Shown: positions 56,884-64,000 of the stretch, one piece after another
Layout: each line of letters opens with the position of its first letter
Numbering within the stretch: position 1 is the first letter of the stretch
IMG/VR virus record: IMGVR_UViG_3300028025_000091
Location: 32,001-96,000 of that record
Length of the DNA stretch: 64,000 bases
Reading direction: 5' to 3' (one strand)
Source: a virus
The notes under the pieces: model-generated
Seen by the model: only the letters and a program-made list of their open reading frames with translations
Database searches by the model: none
Told to the model about the DNA's origin: nothing
Translations under genes and position numbers: made by a program

Positions 56884-57507
56884 ATGGTGATTTATTTAAC
56901 AACTCATGTTATAACTGGAAAAAAATATATTGGAAAGGATGTATCAAATAGTCCTAGTTATTTTGGAAGTGGAGCTGAAATTAAACAGATAATTAAAACA
57001 GAAGGTAAAAGTAATTTAGTTAAAACTATACTTGAACATTGTGATTGTAAAGAAGATTTAGCTAAACGAGAAGAATTTTGGTTGCAAAAGTTTGATGCCG
57101 AAAACAATCCATTGTTTATGAACAGAACAAACAAAGCTTTTGGAAATAGTGGACTTTCGGATGAAACAAAATTAAAGATTAAAATATCTAGTTTAGGTAA
57201 ACCAAAATCTACCGAAGCAAGAAATAATATGAGTAAAGGAAGAACAGGTAAAACTAGAAACCAAACAAAAGTTAGATCAGATAAGGGAAAACCAAGAGGA
57301 ATTAGCCCATGGGTTTCAGAAAGTCTTAAAACTAGAAATAGAGAATCTACCTTCAAACCAGTTATACAATATGATCTAGAAGGTAATATTGTTAGAGAAT
57401 ACAAATCTGCCCAAGAAGCAAAAGATATTACAAATTTAAAAATCCAGAATGCTCTTTTAGGAACTACTAAAACTTCTGGAGGTTATATTTGGAAATACAA
57501 AGAATAA
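56884..57507 (+). mobile_element. Free-standing GIY-YIG homing endonuclease with NUMOD-like DNA-binding repeats
   Basis: VIY.TT...GKKYIG, YFGSG, REEFW; SDETKLKI/STEARNNMS (NUMOD3-like); KPVIQYDLEG...GGYIWKY (NUMOD1-like). Confidence 0.8.
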
Positions 57508-57519
57508 ATATTATATTTA
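57488..57519 (+). promoter_or_regulatory. Bacteroidota-like promoter TTTG-N20-TATATTTA
   Basis: Lies upstream of the helicase and overlaps the end of the homing endonuclease gene. Confidence 0.55.
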
Positions 57520-57559
57520 CATTAAATAAAAGTTATTAACAATTTAAAAAATAAAAGTT

Positions 57560-58918
57560 TTGACCTTAGCCAGCATAGACGAATATGGACCATCGTTCCA
57601 GATGAAAGTGATATCTTCTTTACTAACACATAAAGAATTCTTACAAAACATAAACGACGTACTAAGTGATGAATACTTTAGTAATCCGGCTCATAAATGG
57701 ATAATTAACCAAATTATACAATACTACGAAAAGTATCATACAACTATTTCAATGGACATCTTAAAGGTGGAAATGAAGAAATTGGACAATGAAGTACTTA
57801 AAGTATCTGTTAAAGAACAATTACGAGAAGCATATAGAGCTGATATTGAGGATCTAGAATATGTTCAAGGTGAGTTTTCTACATTCTGTAAAAACCAACA
57901 ATTGAAAAAAGCACTATTGAATAGTGTAGATTTATTAAAAGCTGGAGATTATGACTCGATTAAATATATGATTGAATCAGCAATGAAAGCAGGACAAGAT
58001 AAAAACATTGGTCACGAGTATAAAAAAGATACTGAATCACGTTACCGTGAAGATCATAGATCAATTGTACCTACACCATGGGAACCAATTAATGAATTAA
58101 TTCAAGGTGGTTTAGGTAATGGAGATTTAGGATTGATTTTTGGTAATCCTGGAGGAGGTAAGTCATGGACTTTAGTTGCTTTAGGTGGACATGCTGTTAA
58201 AATGGGTTACAATGTTATCCACTATACTTTAGAATTAAGTGAAGCATATACTGGAAGACGATATGACGCTTTCTTTACAGGTACACCTGTAGATCAATTA
58301 GAAAAACATAAAGCAGAGGTAGAAACCCTAACAGCTGATCTGCCAGGAGAATTGATTATTCGCGAATATCCTATGGGAAAAACCACAATCAATACTATAG
58401 AATCGCATATTAAAAAAGTAATTGATTTAGGAATCCAACCAGATCTTATCCTAATAGATTACATTGATCTACTTTCAACAAGAAAAAGAAATGTTGACCG
58501 TAAGGGAGAGATTGATGATATTTATACAAGCACCAAGGGATTAGCTCGCGAATTAAACATACCAATTTGGTCAGTTTCGCAAGTAAATCGCGCAGGAGCC
58601 AAAGATGATATTATTGAAGGCGATAAAGCAGCGGGATCATATGATAAAATGATGATTACCGATTTATCAATGTCGTTGTCAAGAAAGAAAGAAGATAAAG
58701 TTAACGGTACCGGAAGACTTCATATTATGAAAAACAGATATGGTATGGATGGTTTGACATTTCAAGCAGATGTTAACACATCAAATGGTCATATTGCGAT
58801 TGGAGATCATTATGATGAAGAAGCCGATACAGTGACACCAAAAAAACAACAGTCGAATGACTTTGACAATTTAGATATAAAAATGTTAAGTAATAAATTT
58901 TTCGAATTAAACGCATGA
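57560..58918 (+). CDS. dnaB: Replicative DnaB-like helicase (gp41-like), TTG start
   Basis: GNPGGGKS, TLELSE, IDYIDLL, SQVNR and KNRYG. Confidence 0.92.
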   Translation: MTLASIDEYGPSFQMKVISSLLTHKEFLQNINDVLSDEYFSNPAHKWIINQIIQYYEKYHTTISMDILKVEMKKLDNEVLKVSVKEQLREAYRADIEDLEYVQGEFSTFCKNQQLKKALLNSVDLLKAGDYDSIKYMIESAMKAGQDKNIGHEYKKDTESRYREDHRSIVPTPWEPINELIQGGLGNGDLGLIFGNPGGGKSWTLVALGGHAVKMGYNVIHYTLELSEAYTGRRYDAFFTGTPVDQLEKHKAEVETLTADLPGELIIREYPMGKTTINTIESHIKKVIDLGIQPDLILIDYIDLLSTRKRNVDRKGEIDDIYTSTKGLARELNIPIWSVSQVNRAGAKDDIIEGDKAAGSYDKMMITDLSMSLSRKKEDKVNGTGRLHIMKNRYGMDGLTFQADVNTSNGHIAIGDHYDEEADTVTPKKQQSNDFDNLDIKMLSNKFFELNA

Positions 58919-59862
58919 TCACAGAACTAAGACCACATTACAAACCTTTCGAGTACCAAACAGCATTCGAATTTTACAAAGATCAACACCGAGCACACTG
59001 GTTAGCAGATGAAGTTCCATTATCATCAGATTTGAATGACTGGAAACTTAAACTAAGCGAATCAGAAAAAAGCCTAATCGGTAACATCTTGAAATCGTTT
59101 GCTCAAACTGAGACGTATGTCAACGATTATTGGGCTACAAAGGTGGCGGTATGGTTCCCTAAACATGAAATCAAAGCTATGGCGTGTGCATTCGCTGATT
59201 TCGAATCGATACATGCTGAGGCTTATGCTCGTTTAAATGAAGAACTTGGGTTAGATGACTTTGAGGCATTCATGGAAGATGAGGAAGCAAAAGCTAAAAT
59301 TGATCGTCTAGTTGAATTGCCTGGAGATACATTACGTGAGAAAGCACTTTCATTAGCTATATTCTCTGCGTTTACTGAAGGTGTAAATTTATTTTCATCA
59401 TTCGCTATTTTGATGTCTTTTCAATTACGTAACTTGATGAAAGGAACAGGCCAAATTGTAGAATGGAGCGTACGGGATGAATCATTACATTCAAAAGCGG
59501 GATGTTGGTTATTCAGAACAATGATGGAAGAAATGCCTGAATTAAATGATGGAATGGAGTCTCAAATTTATGATGCTTGTGATTTATCAGTTAAATTAGA
59601 ATTTGACTTTATTGACAAAGCATTTGAAATGGGTGAAATTGAAGGTTTAAACATAAACCAATTAAAAAACTTCATCAAGGAACGCGCCAACCAAAAATTA
59701 ATTGAACTAGGTTATAACCCTTTATACAACGATATCGATCCCAATCTTTTAAAATCAATGGAATGGTTCGGACATTTAACAAGTGGTAAAACACACCAAG
59801 ATTTCTTCGCAGGAAGAGTAACAGATTATTCAAAATCAACCGCTGACTGGAGCGATTTATAA
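58915..59862 (+). CDS. nrdB: Ribonucleotide reductase class I beta subunit
   Basis: W...EV...D, ESIHAEAY, EGVNLFSSF, RDESLH and DFF..RVTDYSK. Confidence 0.95.
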   Translation: MITELRPHYKPFEYQTAFEFYKDQHRAHWLADEVPLSSDLNDWKLKLSESEKSLIGNILKSFAQTETYVNDYWATKVAVWFPKHEIKAMACAFADFESIHAEAYARLNEELGLDDFEAFMEDEEAKAKIDRLVELPGDTLREKALSLAIFSAFTEGVNLFSSFAILMSFQLRNLMKGTGQIVEWSVRDESLHSKAGCWLFRTMMEEMPELNDGMESQIYDACDLSVKLEFDFIDKAFEMGEIEGLNINQLKNFIKERANQKLIELGYNPLYNDIDPNLLKSMEWFGHLTSGKTHQDFFAGRVTDYSKSTADWSDL

Positions 59863-59871
59863 AAACAACAA

Positions 59872-61599
59872 ATGAGCAAATTAAACGTAGACACAAGTAA
59901 ATGGGTGAAGGGTAAAGATTTCCCTGAATGGATGGATGAGATTGGTACTTCAATCATCTCACAAGGATACTTACTCCCAGAAGAGAATGTATTTAAAGCA
60001 TTCAATCGAGTAAGTAAAGCAGCAGGACGTAGATTAAAACGTAAAGATTTAATTCCGTTTTTTGCTGAAGCGATGGAAAAAAATTGGTTGTGTCTTGCGT
60101 CACCTGTACTTTCAAATTTAGGTACTGAACGTGGTATGCCTATCTCATGTTTTGGGATTGATACAGACGATTCAATTGAAGGGATTGCATTAGCAAATTC
60201 TGAGTTGATGCGTTTGTCATCTCAAGGTGGAGGTGTAGGTATTGGTGTATCTAGAATTAGAGGTAGAGGTAAAGAAATTTCTGGAAACGGTGTTTCTGAA
60301 GGTGTAGTTCCATGGGCTAAAATCTATGATTCAACTATCCTAGCAACAAACCAAGGTTCAGTTAGACGCGGAGCAGCTTCAGTTAACTTACACATCAACC
60401 ACCCAGATATTGAGGAATTCTTAATGATTCGTCGACCAAAAGGAGATGTAAACCGTCAATGTCTTAACTTACACCAGTGTGTAGTGATTGATGATGATTT
60501 TATGAACAAACTAGAGGATAAAGAACCACGCGCTTTAAGATTGTGGGGAGAAATTCTTAAAACACGTTTGGAAACAGGTGAACCTTATATCATGTTTGAA
60601 GACAATGTGAACAACAATAATCCTCAAGCGTATAAAAACAATAATTTGCATGTTTCGATGACAAACATTTGTTCCGAAATTTCACTTTATACAGATCCAT
60701 TACACTCATTTATTTGCTGTTTATCTTCATTGAATTTAGCACGTTGGGAAGAATGGAAAGACTATACATTTGAAAATGGTATGACTTTACCTGAACTATC
60801 ATGTTGGTTCTTAGAAGGAGTATTACAAGAATTTATTGATAGAGCAAAGAATGTTAAATTCATGGAAAACACATACCGCTCAGCACTTAAAGGTAGAGCA
60901 ATTGGTATTGGTGTTTTAGGATGGCATACATTCTTACAAGAAAAAGGTATTCCATTTGCGGGTTTACAAGCAAATTCTTACACTCGAATCATGTCTCAAT
61001 TTATTGAAGAAGGAGCATTAAAAGCATCTCGTGACCAAGCAAAAGAATATGGCGAACCAGAATGGTGTAAAGGAACAGGTTTGAGACATACACACCATTT
61101 AGCAATTGCACCAACAGTATCAAACGCTAACATTTCAGGTGGTGTTTCACCTTCAATTGAACCAATCCCTGCAAATGTATTTAACTTAAAAACAGCTAAA
61201 GGTACATTTATCAAGAAAAACCCAACATTGGAGCGTTTATTAGCTTCAAAAGGATATAACATTGATAGTATTTGGGAACAAATTGCCAAAGATAAAGGTT
61301 CAGTAATGGGGTTACCTGATCATATTTTATCTGATGAAGAAAAAGAGGTATTCTTGACATTCAAAGAAATTAACCCATATGAAATTGTTCGCCAAAATGG
61401 TATTCGTCAAAAATATGTTGATCAAGCTATTTCATTGAATTTGACATTTGATCCATCTGATTCACCTAAATACATTAGTGAGGTACATAAATTAGCTTGG
61501 AAAGAAGGTATCAAAACATTATATTACATGCGCTCAGAAAGTATTTTAAGAGGAGATAATCTTCAACGTACTGCTGATTGTGTTAGCTGCGAAGGGTAG
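59872..61599 (+). CDS. nrdA: Ribonucleotide reductase class I alpha subunit (compact, no ATP cone)
   Basis: ASPVLSN, ISCF, QGSVRRGA, TNICSEI, CCLSSLNL, APTVS, KTLYY and C-terminal CVSCEG. Confidence 0.95.
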   Translation: MSKLNVDTSKWVKGKDFPEWMDEIGTSIISQGYLLPEENVFKAFNRVSKAAGRRLKRKDLIPFFAEAMEKNWLCLASPVLSNLGTERGMPISCFGIDTDDSIEGIALANSELMRLSSQGGGVGIGVSRIRGRGKEISGNGVSEGVVPWAKIYDSTILATNQGSVRRGAASVNLHINHPDIEEFLMIRRPKGDVNRQCLNLHQCVVIDDDFMNKLEDKEPRALRLWGEILKTRLETGEPYIMFEDNVNNNNPQAYKNNNLHVSMTNICSEISLYTDPLHSFICCLSSLNLARWEEWKDYTFENGMTLPELSCWFLEGVLQEFIDRAKNVKFMENTYRSALKGRAIGIGVLGWHTFLQEKGIPFAGLQANSYTRIMSQFIEEGALKASRDQAKEYGEPEWCKGTGLRHTHHLAIAPTVSNANISGGVSPSIEPIPANVFNLKTAKGTFIKKNPTLERLLASKGYNIDSIWEQIAKDKGSVMGLPDHILSDEEKEVFLTFKEINPYEIVRQNGIRQKYVDQAISLNLTFDPSDSPKYISEVHKLAWKEGIKTLYYMRSESILRGDNLQRTADCVSCEG

Positions 61600-61666
61600 C
61601 ATACGTATAACAGTAATAGGTTTTTCTTAATTGTTTTTTTTATTTTTAAACAAAACTAAACAAAAA

Positions 61667-63571
61667 ATGAAAAACCTTTTATTGTCCTTGTTACTTTTAA
61701 TAGTAACATTTAATGTATTTTCACAGGCACCGAATGCACCAGGAAATGGTATCTATGCCCTAATCCACCCAACTTATCAAGTTGGTCCTACTGCTACTGG
61801 TTTCACAACAGCTAATGTAACGTTGCAAAATACTACATTAACGAAATTTACAGCAACTCAATTTCGTGTGTTTTACGACAAAATTGCATTTACAAATGCT
61901 ACAGTTGCTTTAATTGGTTCTACAACTAACTTAGATATGCAATATGTAGTTAATGCTGCTAACGGTTACATTACTATTACGCTTGTATACACAGGTGCTT
62001 CTTCAACTTATACTTTAGCTGGTGGAGAAAGATTTGCAATTACATTCACACATGCTGCTCCTGCTGTATTTAACAATTTAGCTTCAATTACCAACTTAAC
62101 TTGGACAGGTGCTGCAACATTTTCACAATATGCTGCTAAACAAAATGGTATTGATACTACTTTGACATTGTACAATTATGGTGGTGTATTTACGTTACCT
62201 ACATTTACATTTGCTGGTACATTTACAAATACAACAGGTACTCCTGCTAAAAACTTACCATTAGCTTTACAAACTCGCCCTGCAGGTGGTTCCACTTGGA
62301 CACAACACTCAGCTTACTCAACTGATTTAACTGGTAACTTTACATTCACCGTTAACTTAGATACAACTTATTGGGATGTACGTTTAGCAATCCAAGGCGA
62401 TACAATGGGTATTGGAAATGCCATTTCAGCAACTGATGCACAATTGATTAATCAGTGGGTATTAGGAAACAGCACAATGTCTGGATTTGATTATTACACA
62501 GCAGATGTGAATGGCTCAAATAACGTAACAATCTCAGATGCTTATGGTGTATTTGCTAAAGTATCAGGTAACTTTACAATGTGGCCAAATAACGTTAAAA
62601 ACGTTAAATTCTTTACAGCAACCGAGTATACTACAATTAATAACTCGTCTACCAACTACACATCAACTATTGCAGGTGTCACCAACTTTACATACGAAAT
62701 CATAGCTGGACAACCTTCAACAGTAACATATTATGTTTGTGTACCGGGTGATGCGAATGGAACAGGATATCATATGGCTCGCCAAACACCAATTGAAATC
62801 TTGATTGATCCAATCCCTGGAATTCAAAATCAAATCTATAACGTAATCGATAACACAGTAGAATATGATTTTCCAACTGCACAAATTGAAGTAAACGTAC
62901 CTTATTTATCTGTACAAGCAGGAAATTTAGTTAACATTCCTGTAAAAGTGTTTACAAATGGGCAAGAATTGAATTCATTGCAATTTGGATTAAAATACGA
63001 TCCAACAGTACTTGAATTTAAAAATGCTTACTCTACTTCAAACGTAATGAAATGGTTAACATATATCAACCTAAATAACGACGAAGTTAAATGGGGTGGA
63101 TATGATGCAACAAATAATTTGAATCCATTACAAGATGGTGATGAAGTAATGACATTGCAATTTTTAGCTAAACAACCACAAAACGAATGGTTAGAAAGTC
63201 CACTTTATACAACTGATAAATTTGCAGGAGCTATCAATTCAAAAGATCTCGAAATTACACCTACAAACGGAATTTTACAAGTACTTAAATCAATCGGAGG
63301 CAAAGTAATTGACCCAAATACAATTGAAATCCAACCAAACCCAGTAACAGAAGATGTTGCAATTACATTCAACGTAACTTCAACTACAGAAGCTCATTTG
63401 GCGATTTATGATTTGCAAGGTAGAAAAATTATTACAATCCTAGACGGACAATTACCAGCAGGACAATTCACATATGTAAAAGATTTAGGTAAATTAGCTC
63501 AAGGAATGTATGTAGTTAATTTATCATTAGATAACGAAAACCCAATAAACACAAAGTTAATTAAACAATAA
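61667..63571 (+). CDS. Secreted protein: cohesin-like + dockerin-like + cohesin-like + T9SS type A sorting domain
   Basis: Signal peptide from ATG 61667; ATQFRVFYD and SLQFGLKYDPTVLEF (cohesin-like); ISATDAQLI...ADVNGSNNVTISDA (dockerin-like); C-terminal QPNPV...IYDLQGR...GMYVV...KLIKQ. Confidence 0.8.
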   Translation: MKNLLLSLLLLIVTFNVFSQAPNAPGNGIYALIHPTYQVGPTATGFTTANVTLQNTTLTKFTATQFRVFYDKIAFTNATVALIGSTTNLDMQYVVNAANGYITITLVYTGASSTYTLAGGERFAITFTHAAPAVFNNLASITNLTWTGAATFSQYAAKQNGIDTTLTLYNYGGVFTLPTFTFAGTFTNTTGTPAKNLPLALQTRPAGGSTWTQHSAYSTDLTGNFTFTVNLDTTYWDVRLAIQGDTMGIGNAISATDAQLINQWVLGNSTMSGFDYYTADVNGSNNVTISDAYGVFAKVSGNFTMWPNNVKNVKFFTATEYTTINNSSTNYTSTIAGVTNFTYEIIAGQPSTVTYYVCVPGDANGTGYHMARQTPIEILIDPIPGIQNQIYNVIDNTVEYDFPTAQIEVNVPYLSVQAGNLVNIPVKVFTNGQELNSLQFGLKYDPTVLEFKNAYSTSNVMKWLTYINLNNDEVKWGGYDATNNLNPLQDGDEVMTLQFLAKQPQNEWLESPLYTTDKFAGAINSKDLEITPTNGILQVLKSIGGKVIDPNTIEIQPNPVTEDVAITFNVTSTTEAHLAIYDLQGRKIITILDGQLPAGQFTYVKDLGKLAQGMYVVNLSLDNENPINTKLIKQ

Positions 63572-63574
63572 GCT

Positions 63575-63898
63575 ATGTCAGAAACAGAAACAAACGACGG
63601 CACTTGGTCAGGCCTTAAAAAAACGATCGTTGGAACATTGTCAACAGTAATCACTGGAGGTGGTGTATGGTTAGGAACAACTCTTTATGGTGGTGGACAT
63701 AATGAAGAGCCTAAAGAAGAAACCAAAACAGAACAACCAGCAGCTGCTCCGGTAATTGTAAACGTTCAACAAAACCAAGAAAACAAACAAAAAGTTGAAA
63801 ATGGTGGGGGAACAATAATCCACGAACGAGTAATTGAAAAACCAGTAGTTACTCAACCAACTACACCAACACCAAAACCTCAAGAGGAATCATGGTAA
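63575..63898 (+). CDS. Small membrane-anchored protein with Pro-rich tail
   Basis: Hydrophobic IVGTLSTVITGGGVWL segment and P/Q/E-rich C-terminus. Confidence 0.65.
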   Translation: MSETETNDGTWSGLKKTIVGTLSTVITGGGVWLGTTLYGGGHNEEPKEETKTEQPAAAPVIVNVQQNQENKQKVENGGGTIIHERVIEKPVVTQPTTPTPKPQEESW

Positions 63899-64000
63899 AA
63901 TTTTTATTTATATTATTGACGCTAGGGTTGTTTTCTTGCAAAACAGCCCAAGCTCAAGGTGGTATAGGTACTGTTAAAACAGAACAATATCAAGCGGATT
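63892..64000 (+). CDS. Exported or lipoprotein-like protein, 3'-truncated
   Basis: MVKFLFILLTLGLFSCKTAQAQGGIGTVKTEQYQAD..., open to the window end; LFSC is lipobox-like. Confidence 0.6.
   Translation, partial: MVKFLFILLTLGLFSCKTAQAQGGIGTVKTEQYQAD

Noticed and set aside
4497-63883. All minus-strand ORFs in the track (e.g. 7880..8395, 24393..24719, 47125..47577)
   Set aside because: They are shadows of codon-biased plus-strand genes (S/F/L-rich, no motifs), and each lies over a better-supported plus-strand gene.
1-64000. tRNA, rRNA, introns or inteins
   Set aside because: No cloverleaf or rRNA-like segments were seen in the short intergenic gaps. Terminase, helicase, polymerase and nrdA/nrdB are uninterrupted and of normal or compact length.

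Overview
This is a 64 kb, AT-rich segment of a large T4-like (contractile-tail) phage genome. Every credible gene is on the + strand. In order it carries: the end of a tail-fibre/adhesin gene; a GIY-YIG nuclease, primase and exonuclease; a ~13 kb cluster of enzymes and hypotheticals, many sharing an amphipathic N-terminal leader ending in (L/I)-x-E; terminase, portal, prohead protease, scaffold and major capsid; PhoH; neck and tail genes (two sheaths, tube, chaperone, tape measure, baseplate); family A DNA polymerase, SSB, UvsX/RecA, 5'-3' exonuclease, helicase and nrdB/nrdA; and the start of a secreted-protein operon. The host is very probably Bacteroidota, inferred from TTG-N19/20-TAnnTTnn promoters, the lack of Shine-Dalgarno sites, two T9SS sorting domains and an Hc1-like protein. 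Main findings: (1) The baseplate hub/central-spike gene is split by in-frame TAA TAA, and its C-terminal half exists as three tandem paralogs. They share ~130 aa but each carries a different peptidoglycan-hydrolase-like domain: lysozyme-like, an apparently circularly permuted transglycosylase, and M23 peptidase. (2) A portable capsid-targeting, protease-cleavable leader is fused to diverse enzymes, and some genes look like polyproteins. (3) There is a probable +1/-2 programmed frameshift in the tail chaperone. (4) A mini-cassette array is bounded by an 18-bp stop/start repeat. (5) The phage encodes T9SS cargo. (6) There are two promoter classes and structured leaders. All functional calls come from motif recognition by eye; no searches were run.
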